Below are positions 8,971 to 18,199 of a stretch of DNA of 64,000 nt, one piece after another. The DNA is from an uncultured Acidobacteriota bacterium (GTDB lineage Bacteria > Acidobacteriota > Vicinamibacteria > Fen-336). The stretch spans positions 608,720 to 672,719 of the forward strand of contig CAVTBK010000001.1 of NCBI GenBank assembly GCA_963732935.1. The letters run 5' to 3'. Made by a program: the position numbers and the translations under genes. How positions within the stretch are numbered: position 1 is the stretch's first letter; every line of letters starts with the position of its first letter. The notes beneath the pieces were generated by a model that was given only the letters and a program-made list of their open reading frames with translations, was not told where the DNA came from and ran no database searches.

Positions 8971-10953
8971 CCAGTTGAGGGTGGCGCGGAGGCTGTCGCC
9001 CTTGTTGGCGGTGATGACGGCGTCGCTCTTCCAGGAGGTCGTGCCCTCCGACCAGCTCCCGCTCGTCTCGCCGACCAGAGCGCGCTGCTGGGGCGCGATC
9101 TCGCGAGCGAGCGGCGGCAGCGTCGCCCCCGAGGCGGCACCGTTCACCGTGGTCGTGGCCGTCAGCCCCCGCACCCGGATCGACTTCTTCCCGTCGTTGA
9201 CGACGTAGATCCGGAGACGCCAGGCGGTGCCCGTGTCGAGGCCCGTGGCCGGCGACATCTCGAACTCGATCCGGCCCTGGAAGTCGGGGGCCTTGCGGAG
9301 GTCGGCGCCGCCCGTGTCGAAGCCCGAGAAGTCGGCGTTCGACGCCTTCTCGGTCTGGACCACGGTCTGGCCGGACACGAAGCGGCGCCGGGCGAGGTCG
9401 CGACGCTTCACCGCGTCGGCGCGGACGGCGGTCGCGCGCGTGTTGCCGGGATCCAGCTTCAGCGCCGCGTCGGCCTGGCCGATGGCGCCCTCGTACTGCC
9501 GCGCGGCGAGCGCGGCTTGGGCCCGTTCCACGAGCGGCTGCGCCTGCGCGGCGGGTGAGGGCCCGGCGGGCGTCGTCGGGGGCGGAGGCGTCGGGCGCGC
9601 GGACGCGGGGGTAGGCGTCGCTCGCGGCGTGGGCGTGGCCGTCGACCGCGGAGTCGGTGTGGGTGTCGCGCGCGGGGTCGGCGTGGCGGCCGGGGCGGGC
9701 GTCGTCGGGGGCGGAGGCGTCGGCTCGAGCGCGGCGAGTGTCGTCGGGGGCGCGAGCGTCGCGGGCGGCATCGTCGCGGGCGGCGCCGCGGGCGTCGGCT
9801 CCGCGACCGCCACCGGCGGCGTCTGACCCGCCGAGGCGGCGAGACGCGGCCAGACGAATCGCCAGCCGGCGTAGCCCGCGGCCACCACCACCACGACGAC
9901 CGCGATCCCCGCGATCAGCGGGCCGCTGCTCGAGCGGCGCTTGCGGGCGGCGCCGCGCCTGCCGGTGGGCAGGGTCGCGTGGGGCGGGTGTCCGTGTGGC
10001 GGGTGCGTCGCGTGCGGCGGACGCGTCGCGTTGGGCAGCTGCCCCGCCGGCGCGTGCGTGGAATCCGGGGAGACGCGCGCCGGCGGACGCGGCTGCGGCG
10101 GCGCTGCTGGTGCCGGCGGTTCCGCGGGCGCGATCACGGCCGCCTCCTCGACGGCTTCGTCGACGGCCGCGTACTCGACCGGCGTGTACTCGACCGCGAC
10201 TTCGTCCCCCGGGGCTTCCATGACGACGGTGTCGGGCTCGGCGGAGACGCCGCTGTCGAAGTCCGGGAGGACCACGTGCGGGGAGGACGCGGACGAGTCG
10301 TCGGTGACGAACGCCTCCGGCTCGACGATCGCCTCCGCGTAGACCGTCTCGGCGCTCTCGGGCGGCGCGCCCTCGGCCGGCATCCCCTCGGCCGGCACCC
10401 CCGCGTCGGCGAAGACGAGCTCGTCGCCGTCGCCGCTGTCGCCCTCCACGACGACGGTCTCGCCCTGTTCCTCCTCCGGGAGGAGAGCGAAGCCGCCGGA
10501 CGCCGGCTGTGTCGGCGCCGCATCCTCCGGCTCGGGCGGCGCCGGCGCGGCGCCGAACGTCTCGGCCGGAAGCGGGATCGCGGCCAGGGTCACCTCGGGA
10601 GAGGGGGCCACGGGCGGCTCCACGGGGCGGCGTGGCAGCAGGCACTGCAGCATGACGGCGTCGTCGTCGCCCGGCGACCCGAGCCAGACGACGTCGCCGT
10701 TGCGCAGCAGCGTCCCCTCCGGCCCCACCGGGCTGTCGTTGACGAAGACGGCACCGGCCTCCTCGTAGACGGTGACCGTGCCGGCGCCGACGACGACGCG
10801 CGCGTGCAGCGGCCCGACGCTCGGGAGCGCCAGGTGCAGCCCGGAGCCGTCCGCCGAGCCGATCGTCACGACGCCGGCATCGGGCAGCGTGCAGCGGGCG
10901 CCCGCCAGCGGGCCGCCCAGGACCGTCAGTAGCGACTTCTTCGCCTCGGTCAT
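8965..10953 (-). CDS. Membrane protein with degenerate FHA domain, acidic and Pro-rich linkers, one TM, Pro/Thr stalk, TPR and C-terminal beta domain
   Basis: LTVLGGPLAG...VTIGS...LHARV...VFVND...LRNGDVVWLG FHA pattern; TM IAGIAVVVVVVAAGYAGW; TPR-like YEGAIGQADAALKLDPGN. Confidence 0.75.
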   Translation of the reverse strand: MTEAKKSLLTVLGGPLAGARCTLPDAGVVTIGSADGSGLHLALPSVGPLHARVVVGAGTVTVYEEAGAVFVNDSPVGPEGTLLRNGDVVWLGSPGDDDAVMLQCLLPRRPVEPPVAPSPEVTLAAIPLPAETFGAAPAPPEPEDAAPTQPASGGFALLPEEEQGETVVVEGDSGDGDELVFADAGVPAEGMPAEGAPPESAETVYAEAIVEPEAFVTDDSSASSPHVVLPDFDSGVSAEPDTVVMEAPGDEVAVEYTPVEYAAVDEAVEEAAVIAPAEPPAPAAPPQPRPPARVSPDSTHAPAGQLPNATRPPHATHPPHGHPPHATLPTGRRGAARKRRSSSGPLIAGIAVVVVVVAAGYAGWRFVWPRLAASAGQTPPVAVAEPTPAAPPATMPPATLAPPTTLAALEPTPPPPTTPAPAATPTPRATPTPTPRSTATPTPRATPTPASARPTPPPPTTPAGPSPAAQAQPLVERAQAALAARQYEGAIGQADAALKLDPGNTRATAVRADAVKRRDLARRRFVSGQTVVQTEKASNADFSGFDTGGADLRKAPDFQGRIEFEMSPATGLDTGTAWRLRIYVVNDGKKSIRVRGLTATTTVNGAASGATLPPLAREIAPQQRALVGETSGSWSEGTTSWKSDAVITANKGDSLRATLNWR

Positions 10954-11013
10954 CGTGAGCCCCGCCGCCCCGTCTCGACCGAGACCGGGCGCCTCCGAGA
11001 GATCGAGGTCATT

Positions 11014-12414
11014 CTATGGACTGGCCCTTCCCGCTTCAAGCGCGATCCGGGATCCCTCGCCCTGGCGCGGCTCGCGGCAGGCCAGGGCAGCCAGGGCCAC
11101 CCAGGTGGCCGCGTTCGCCGGGATCTGCCAGCCGAAATCGACCAGGTTGTGCACGGCGACCGCGGCCAGCGCCCCGAGCAGCCCCAGCTCGGCGGGGCTC
11201 TCCGCCGCCCGCCGCAGCGCACGGCGGAAGACGATCGCCAGCAGCGCGCCGATCAGGACGACGCCGGCGAGGCCCAGGTCGAAGAGGACCTGAAGGTACT
11301 CGTCGTGCGCCTCGCCGATCCAGTCGGGGCCGACCTTCGCGATCGTCTGGTAGGGGAGGTAGGCGATCGAAAAGGCGTCGAGGCCGGCGCCGAAGAGCGG
11401 AAAGCGCGGAAAGAGAGGCAGCATGTCGGTCCAGAGGTCGATCCGGCTGTGCTGGATCCCGCGGCGCTCGAGCGCCGCCAGGAAGCCGCCCAGCCCGACC
11501 CAGGCGACGCCGAGCGCGGCCAGGGCGACGACCGCGACTGCCGCGCGACGGCGGCGTCCCGCCGCGAGCGGGAGCAGCAGCAGCGTCGCGAGGCAGGCCC
11601 CGATCGCGCCACGTGAGCCCGCCGCGACCAGGCCCGCGGCGAGCACGACCACGGCCGCGCCGTAGCGGATGGTGAGGTTGCCCTCGCGGTCGCCGAGCGC
11701 CAGGAAGCCCAGGCGGCGGCGGCGCCACACGGCCCGCAGCCGCGAGAGGCTCTCGGTGCCGAGGCCGATGGCGAGGCCCAGCGGCATCAGCAGGTAGTTC
11801 GCGAAGTGGCTGCCGTTGACGTAGGGGCCGAACACGGCCCAGTCGAAGCGCGGCCGCCAGAGGCCGTAGATCTCGTGCGGCTGGGACGAGACGGCCTGCA
11901 CCAGGGCGGCCGCCGTGATCGCGATGCCCACCACGACGACCATGATCATCAGCCGCCGCCGCCAGGGCCGCTCGCCCAGCTCGTGGAAGACGGCGAAGAA
12001 GAGGAGCGAGAAGGCGGCGAGGAAGGCGAGGCCGCGCAGCGTGTCGGGAGGGCTCACGCTGATCGGGCGCCAGGCCCCGGCCGGGTCGAGCAGCACGTGC
12101 GTCCAGTGGGCGTGGGAGCCGGGGGACACGAAGCGCAGCAGCGGGAGCGGCAGCGGCAGGAGCTGCAGGAGCACGAGCCCGTGGAGGGCGAGCAGCCAGC
12201 GGCGGCCGGGCAGCCTCGGCACGGCCCGGCCCTGGCGCTCCGCTTGCCGCGCGCGCAGCCAGGCGGCACCGCCGGCCAGCGCACAGCCGACGAGGAGGGG
12301 GACGAAGACCCGCTCGTGGACGGCGCCCGCCAGGAACGGGCCGGCGGCCAGCAGGAGCAGGATCGAGCTGCGGAGGACGTAGCCACCCGCGGTCGCGGGG
12401 TGGTGTCGGCTCAT
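11014..12414 (-). CDS. O-antigen ligase / Wzy_C family membrane protein
   Basis: Multi-TM; GPYVNGSHFANYL, GSRGA, RIDLW, PLFGAGLDAF, AHDEYLQ and HNLVDFGWQIPAN motifs. Confidence 0.85.
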   Translation of the reverse strand: MSRHHPATAGGYVLRSSILLLLAAGPFLAGAVHERVFVPLLVGCALAGGAAWLRARQAERQGRAVPRLPGRRWLLALHGLVLLQLLPLPLPLLRFVSPGSHAHWTHVLLDPAGAWRPISVSPPDTLRGLAFLAAFSLLFFAVFHELGERPWRRRLMIMVVVVGIAITAAALVQAVSSQPHEIYGLWRPRFDWAVFGPYVNGSHFANYLLMPLGLAIGLGTESLSRLRAVWRRRRLGFLALGDREGNLTIRYGAAVVVLAAGLVAAGSRGAIGACLATLLLLPLAAGRRRRAAVAVVALAALGVAWVGLGGFLAALERRGIQHSRIDLWTDMLPLFPRFPLFGAGLDAFSIAYLPYQTIAKVGPDWIGEAHDEYLQVLFDLGLAGVVLIGALLAIVFRRALRRAAESPAELGLLGALAAVAVHNLVDFGWQIPANAATWVALAALACREPRQGEGSRIALEAGRASP

Positions 12415-13073
12415 CGCGGCAGCCGTTCCATCCGCTGGAGCTTCCCGTCACGACCGAAGACGAGCCGGCGGTCGGGCTTGCCGTCGCCGTCGCTGTCGAC
12501 CTCCTCGCTGGTGAGCCGGCCGGCGGACCAGTGCTGCCAGCGGTCCATCCGGCCGTCGTGGTCGGAGTCGGTCTCGGTCCGCGCCACGACGCCGCCCGCG
12601 ATCACCTCCGCGCGGTCCGGCTTGCCGTCGCCGTCGTCGTCGTACTCGATGCGCGCCGCCAGGCCGTCCGGCCCGCGATAGACCCACTCGTCCGGGCGTC
12701 CCGGCTGCTTGCGGCAGCGGCCGATCTTCTCGAGACGACCCTCGGCGTCGTAGTACTCGAAGCGGTCCACCCAGCCGTCGAGGTCCTCGTCCACCTCGAT
12801 CAGGCGGATCCGGTGCTGCTCGTCGTAGTGGGCGATCGTGTCGGCGCGACCGCGGCCGACGCTGTCGTACTCCGCGATCGCGAGCCGGCCGGCCTCGTCG
12901 TAGTAGCCCTTCCAGGCCCCCTTGTCGAGGAAGTGGTAGGTCCGCCCGTCGCCGCGCTTGACGAGCGGCAGGCGCTCGGGCGGCCCGCCGCCGGTGCCGC
13001 CGCAGGCCCGGTCGGAGCAGGCCGTCGCGAAGAGGATCAGTATCGCCGCGCCCGCCGTGCGCATCCGGATCAT
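12411..13073 (-). CDS. Lipoprotein with about six DxDxDGxxD beta-hairpin repeats (putative Ca-binding)
   Basis: Lipobox FATAC; repeats EVDEDLDGWVDR, EYDDDGDGKPDR, ETDSDHDGRMDR, EVDSDGDGKPDR; ATGA overlaps with both neighbours. Confidence 0.75.
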   Translation of the reverse strand: MIRMRTAGAAILILFATACSDRACGGTGGGPPERLPLVKRGDGRTYHFLDKGAWKGYYDEAGRLAIAEYDSVGRGRADTIAHYDEQHRIRLIEVDEDLDGWVDRFEYYDAEGRLEKIGRCRKQPGRPDEWVYRGPDGLAARIEYDDDGDGKPDRAEVIAGGVVARTETDSDHDGRMDRWQHWSAGRLTSEEVDSDGDGKPDRRLVFGRDGKLQRMERLPR

Positions 13074-14218
13074 CGCGTCTCCCGCCTTCCCGCGTCGGCC
13101 AGGCCGAGCGCCACCCACACGTGTCGGAAATCCTCGACGTCCTGGCCCAGCCCGTCAAGGCCCAATCCCGCCAGCATCCCCCAGGTTACGGCGTCGGTCG
13201 GCCGCTGCCGTCCCCGCCAGAGCGCCACGAGCGCCAGCGTGAGACCGGCGAGCGCCGGCAGGCCGAGCGTCGCGGCGACGTTCAGCGGGGTCAGGTGCGC
13301 GTCGAAGGGCTCGAAGCGGCGGAAGCCGGGCGAGCTGCCCGGGCCCGTGCCGAAGAAGGGATGCCGCTCGAGCGTCGCGAAGGAGCTGCTCGCGGCGAGG
13401 GCCCGCGCGGAGGGCGCGGGCGACAGGCGCGCCTGCCAGGGCCGGAAAGGGTCGAGCACGACGTTGTAGACGGACAGGGCGGCCATCGCCAGCACGAAGA
13501 CGGCGGCGAGGGCCGCGACCAGGCGGCGGCGGGCGGGCGTCCTGGCGTGACGGATCGCCGCCGCGAGCAGGAAGCCCAGCACGGCCCGCGAGGTGGTGAG
13601 CACGACCGTGAGGGCGAGCGCGGCCTGGACGGCGCGGCGCAGGAAGCGCGGGAGCCCGGCGTCCGGGCGCGCGGCAAGGGCGGAGCCGAAGATGCAGAAG
13701 CTCGCCAGCAGGTTGGGATGGGAGAAGCCGGCCTCGGCCCGCGGGATGAACGACGGCAGCAGGTCGCCGCAGCCGCCCACGAGCGGCGTCGGCACGCCGC
13801 GCAGCCAGAGGAGGACGCCGGCGACCGCGGCGAGGGCCGTCAGAAGGGAGGTGGCAGCGATCGTCCGGCCGACCGCGGCTGCCATCCCCTTGCGCGGCAG
13901 GAGCTCCGAGGTCAGCACGAAGAGCCCGAGCAGCATCCCCGTCCCGAGCAGCTTGGCGGCACCGTTCGCCGGACGCGGCGAGGCGACCAGGAGCGACAGG
14001 GCCGACCAGCCGAGGTAGAGCGCGAGCCCCGCGTGCACCAGGCGCAGCCGCGGCATCCGGCGCTCGGCGACCAGAGTCGCCAGCCAGGCCGCCACCGCGG
14101 CCGCGCAGAGGAGATCGCCCCACTGCGCGTTGGGGTGGAGCGCCGGCAGGCGCAGGAGCCCTCCCCAGGGCAGGAGTGCCAGGGTCGCCAGGAAGAGCCC
14201 TTCCGTGAGACGCCACAC
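13070..14218 (-). CDS. O-antigen ligase-like membrane protein
   Basis: Multi-TM; RAEAGFSHPNLLASF, LTTSRA, HPFFGTGPG and DAHLTPLNVAATLG motifs. Confidence 0.72.
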   Translation of the reverse strand: MWRLTEGLFLATLALLPWGGLLRLPALHPNAQWGDLLCAAAVAAWLATLVAERRMPRLRLVHAGLALYLGWSALSLLVASPRPANGAAKLLGTGMLLGLFVLTSELLPRKGMAAAVGRTIAATSLLTALAAVAGVLLWLRGVPTPLVGGCGDLLPSFIPRAEAGFSHPNLLASFCIFGSALAARPDAGLPRFLRRAVQAALALTVVLTTSRAVLGFLLAAAIRHARTPARRRLVAALAAVFVLAMAALSVYNVVLDPFRPWQARLSPAPSARALAASSSFATLERHPFFGTGPGSSPGFRRFEPFDAHLTPLNVAATLGLPALAGLTLALVALWRGRQRPTDAVTWGMLAGLGLDGLGQDVEDFRHVWVALGLADAGRRETR

Positions 14219-14255
14219 GGGGGCCCAGCATACCCCGGAACCGGCGCAGGCCTCG

Positions 14256-16047
14256 TCAGTCGCCGGCGTAGAGGGCGTCGATCGTCGAGCGGTAGCGTTC
14301 CTCGACGACCCGCCGCTTCACCTTCAGGGTCGGCGTGATCTCGCCCGCCTCCAGCGTGAACTCCCGGGTCAGGAGAGCGATCTTCTTGATCCTCTCGAAC
14401 TGCGCCAGCTCGGGCGTCATCTCCTCCACCAGCTTCTCGTAGTGGGCGACGACCTCGGGCCGCAGGACCAGGGCCTCGCGGTCGTCCGTCGGCAGGCCGC
14501 GCTGCTGCGCCCAACGGGAGAGCGCCTCGAAGTCGGGCACGATCAGCGCCGCGGCGAACTTGCGCCGGTTGCCGATCATCACCGCCTCGGCCACGAACCT
14601 GCTGGTCTTGATCCGGTTCTCGATCGGCTGGGGCGCGATGTTCTTGCCCCCGGAGGTGACGATGATGTCCTTCTTGCGGTCGGTGATCACCAGGAAGCCG
14701 TCGGGATCGAGGAAGCCCACGTCGCCCGTGTGGAGCCAGCCGTCGGGCTCGATCGTCTCGGCGGTCGCCTCCGGCATCTTGTAGTAGCCCTTCATCACGT
14801 GCGGGCCGCGGGTCAGGATCTCGCCGTCCTCCGCGATCTTCGAGCTCGACGCGGCCGAGCGGCGGCCCGACCGTGCCCGGCTTGACGCGGCCCGGACGGT
14901 TGGCGCTGATGACGGGGCTCGTCTCGGTGAGGCCGTAGCCCTCGCAGATCAGCATGCCGGCCGCGCCGAAGAACTCCGCGATCTCGCGGGCGAGGGGGGC
15001 CCCGCCCGAGATGAAGAGCCGCAGCTGGCCGCCCGTGCGGGCCTTGATCTTCGAGAAGACCAGCCGGTCGGCCAGCGCGAACTCGGCGGCGAGCAGCCGT
15101 CCCGGCGGCTGGTTCGCCACCACCCGGGCGAACATCTTCCGGCCGACGCCGATCGCCCAGCGGAAGATCCGCTGCCGCAGCGGCGGGTCGGCCGCCACCT
15201 TCTCGTTGACGCGGGCGTACATCTTCTCGTAGAGCCGCGGCACCGAGGTCATGATCCAGGGGCGCACCTCGAGCATGTTCTCGGGCACCTTCTCGATGCT
15301 CTCGGCATAGGCGATGGTGACGCCCGCGAAGAGCATGAAGTTGTGGCCGGCGGTGCGCTCGAAGGAGTGACAGAGCGGCAGGAAGCTGAGCGCCGTCCAC
15401 TTCTCGTCGACCATCGGGAAGGCGTGGTGCGCCTCGATCACGTTGTGGACGAGGTTGGCGTGGGTGAGCATGACGCCCTTGGGGTCGCCGGTCGTCCCGG
15501 AGGTGTAGATGAGCGTCGCCAGGTCGTCCGGCCGGACCTCGCCCGCGCGCCGGCGCACGAGGTCCCGGTCCTGCGCGAGCGCGGCACGACCGCGCGCACG
15601 GAGCTCGTCGAGGGTGAGGCCCCCCGGAGAGGCTGGGCCGTCGAAGCTGATCACCTGGACGAGACGCGGCAGCTTCTCGCGCACCTCGGCCACCTTGGCG
15701 CCCTGGGCGCCGTTCGAGACGAAGACGAGCTTGGCCTCGGAGTCGGCGAGGATGTAGTGCACCTGGCCGGAGGAGAGGGTCGGGTAGATGGGAACGTCCA
15801 CGGCGCCCGCGCAGAGCGAGGCGAGGTCCGCGAACGCCCACTCCGGACGGTTCTCGGAGAGGATCGCGACATGGTCGCCCTTCTCGATGCCGAGCGCGCG
15901 GAGCCCGGCCGCGGTCTCCTCGACGGCCTCTCGGAGCTGGCCGGAGCTGACGGCATGCCAGGCGCCGTCCCTCTTGAACTTGAGGTGCTCGGGCTTCGCG
16001 AAGGCGAGCGACCGATAGAACACGTCACAAATGGTCTCGATGGCCAT
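14256..16047 (-). pseudogene. fadD: Long-chain fatty acid-CoA ligase with a single +1 frameshift near 14841 (probably a sequencing error)
   Basis: IYTSGTTGDPKG, SFLPLCHSFER and EGYGLTETSP in frame 1; GWLHTGDVG, DRKKDIIVTSGGKN and TPTLKVKR in frame 2; removing one base restores VELKIAEDGEILTRGP. Confidence 0.85.
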
Positions 16048-16177
16048 TCTGACCTCCCGCGCCGGAGCGCCCACGCTTCTGGGCGTGGACGGGCGCGGCC
16101 TCCTTTCGGGTGAGCCGGCTGGCTCGATGATACCCCCGTCGCTCCCGGAGGTTCGCCCGTGGATAATGGGGGCGACC

Positions 16178-16684
16178 ATGTATCCGCCGGTCTTCCTCGG
16201 GCTGGGCTCGAACCTGGGCGATCGCGAGGCGACCGTCGCGGAGGCGCTGCGGCGCCTGGGCGAGCGTGGATTCGAGACGCGGCTGCGCAGCTCCGACTGG
16301 CTGACCGAGCCGGTGGGCGGGCCGCCCCAGGGCTGGTTCCTCAACCTGGTGGTGGGAGGCGAGACGGCGCTCGCGCCGGAGCCGCTGCTGGCGGCGTGCC
16401 TCGGGGTCGAGCGCGAGCTGGGCCGCGTGCGCGCGCTGCGCAACGGACCGCGCACGATCGACGTCGACATCCTGCTCCACGGCGCGCAGCGGGTCGATCT
16501 GCCGGGACTCGTGATCCCGCACCCGCGCCTCCACGAGCGCCGCTTCGTGCTGGCGCCGCTCGCCGAGATCGCCCCGGGGCTCGTGCACCCGGTGTTCGGC
16601 GAGACGGTGGCGACCCTGCTCGCACGGTGTCCCGATCCCTCTTTGGTCGAGCGCCGCGCGACGGCGTCACCGGAGCCGAGATGA
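16178..16684 (+). CDS. folK: 2-amino-4-hydroxy-6-hydroxymethyldihydropteridine diphosphokinase
   Basis: LGLGSNLGDR, FLNLVV, GPRTIDVDIL and IPHPRLHERRFVLAPL motifs. Confidence 0.95.
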   Translation: MYPPVFLGLGSNLGDREATVAEALRRLGERGFETRLRSSDWLTEPVGGPPQGWFLNLVVGGETALAPEPLLAACLGVERELGRVRALRNGPRTIDVDILLHGAQRVDLPGLVIPHPRLHERRFVLAPLAEIAPGLVHPVFGETVATLLARCPDPSLVERRATASPEPR

Positions 16685-17316
16685 AGTTCCACCACGTCGC
16701 GGTCGAGGGCCCGATCGGCGTCGGCAAGACGACCGTGGTGGAGCGTCTGGCGGAGCGGCTCGAGGCGGACACGGTGCTGGAGGACTGGTCCAGCAACCCC
16801 TTCCTGGGCGGCTTCTACGACGGCAAGGCGGGAGCGGCCTTCCAGGCGGAGCTGTTCTTCCTGCTCTCCCGGCACCGCCAGCTCCAGGAGCTGCAGCAGC
16901 GGCAGCTCTTCGCACAGGCGACCCTGACCGACTACATGTTCGAGAAGAGCCGCCTCTTCGCCTACCTCAACCTCGACGACAGCGAGCTGCTGATCTTCGA
17001 CAAGCTCTACGCGCTGCTCGCCGAGAGCCTGCCGCATCCGGATCTCGTGGTCTACCTGCAGGCGCCGAGCGAGGTGCTGCTGGCGCGGCTCGCCCTGCGC
17101 GGGCGTCCCGAGGAGCGCACCCTGTCGGAGGAGTACGTGGCCGAGGTCAACCGCGCCTACAACCACTACTTCTTCCACTACTCGGCGACGCCTCTGCTGG
17201 TCGTCAACACCTCCGACGTCGACTTCGTCAAGAATCCCGAGGACCTCGACGATCTGCTGAAGCAGATCCACGCCATGGGCAAGGGCACGCAGTACTACGT
17301 GCCGCGCGCGCGCTGA
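16681..17316 (+). CDS. Deoxynucleoside kinase
   Basis: VEGPIGVGKTT, NPFLGGFY, FLLSR and PDLVVYLQA motifs; ATGA overlap with folK. Confidence 0.92.
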   Translation: MKFHHVAVEGPIGVGKTTVVERLAERLEADTVLEDWSSNPFLGGFYDGKAGAAFQAELFFLLSRHRQLQELQQRQLFAQATLTDYMFEKSRLFAYLNLDDSELLIFDKLYALLAESLPHPDLVVYLQAPSEVLLARLALRGRPEERTLSEEYVAEVNRAYNHYFFHYSATPLLVVNTSDVDFVKNPEDLDDLLKQIHAMGKGTQYYVPRAR

Positions 17317-17369
17317 GCGAGCGCTCGCGTTAGAGCGGTCCGGCGCGACTCGAGGGCGGTCCCGCTCGC

Positions 17370-17398
17370 TTGACGAAGGGCGTGCGCTGCGCGATGCT
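17370..17398 (+). promoter_or_regulatory. Putative sigma70 promoter for the SprT-like gene
   Basis: TTGACG-17 nt-GATGCT; it overlaps the two upstream candidate starts, which favours the ATG at 17418. Confidence 0.5.
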
Positions 17399-17417
17399 CA
17401 ACGCGATCGAAAAGCCC

Positions 17418-18194
17418 ATGGGCCTCGCACGTCAGCTCGAGCTCGCCTTCGACGACGCTCCCCGCTGGGAGCCGGCGGGGCTCGAAGCGGCGCTCGAGCG
17501 CCTGGCCGGACGCCCGGTGCGCCTCGTGCTCACGGAGAACCGCTCGGTGCTGCTCTCGGTGAAACGCCAGACGCCGCTGCTGCTTCGCCTCCACCGGATG
17601 TTCCTGTACGCGCCGGAGCGTGTGGTGGGGTCGCTCGCGCGCAGCATCCGCCGGCGCGGACGCGGGGCCGACGGCGAGGTGCGCCGCTTCATGAACGCGA
17701 ACCTGTTCCGGGTACGGCGCACGCGGCGCGAGCTGCCTCCGCTCTCGACGCGCGGACGCACCTTCGATCTCGCGGCGATCTACTCGAGCATCAACACGCG
17801 CCACTTCGCCGGCCGGCTGCGGGTGCCGATCACCTGGGGCCGGGGCGTCGGACGCGCCCGCCGCGGCGGCCTCACCTTCGGCAGCTACGATCCGGTGCTG
17901 AAGCTGATCCGCATCCATCCGGTGCTGGATCGTCCCTGGGTGCCGCGCTTCTTCCTGGAGAGCGTCGTGCACCACGAGATGCTGCACCACTTCATGGGCG
18001 GTGTCCCCGACCGCGCCGGGCGCACGGTCTACCATACGCGCGCTTTCCGCGAGGCGGAGGCGCGCTTCCCGCACCACCGGGACGCCCTCGCCTGGGAGAA
18101 GCAGAACTTGCCGGAGCTGCTGCGCGCCAGCCACGCGCTCGACCGCGAGCGACGGGCCGCTCGGGCGGTGGCCGCGCGGGCCTCCTCGCGTTAG
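17418..18194 (+). CDS. SprT/YgjP-like zinc metalloprotease
   Basis: HEMLH zincin motif, upstream FGSYD...IRIHPVLD, downstream HTRAF third-ligand motif. Confidence 0.8.
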   Translation: MGLARQLELAFDDAPRWEPAGLEAALERLAGRPVRLVLTENRSVLLSVKRQTPLLLRLHRMFLYAPERVVGSLARSIRRRGRGADGEVRRFMNANLFRVRRTRRELPPLSTRGRTFDLAAIYSSINTRHFAGRLRVPITWGRGVGRARRGGLTFGSYDPVLKLIRIHPVLDRPWVPRFFLESVVHHEMLHHFMGGVPDRAGRTVYHTRAFREAEARFPHHRDALAWEKQNLPELLRASHALDRERRAARAVAARASSR

Positions 18195-18199
18195 GCGGG

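Noticed and set aside
9560-9830. Nucleotide repeats inside the FHA gene
   Set aside because: They are explained by the coding Pro/Thr repeats (PTPPPPTTPA, ATPTP).
13912-17271. 1119-aa ORF as a fused acyl-CoA ligase
   Set aside because: It is a composite of antisense folK/dNK sequence, the true fadD N-terminal part and out-of-frame read-through after the frameshift.
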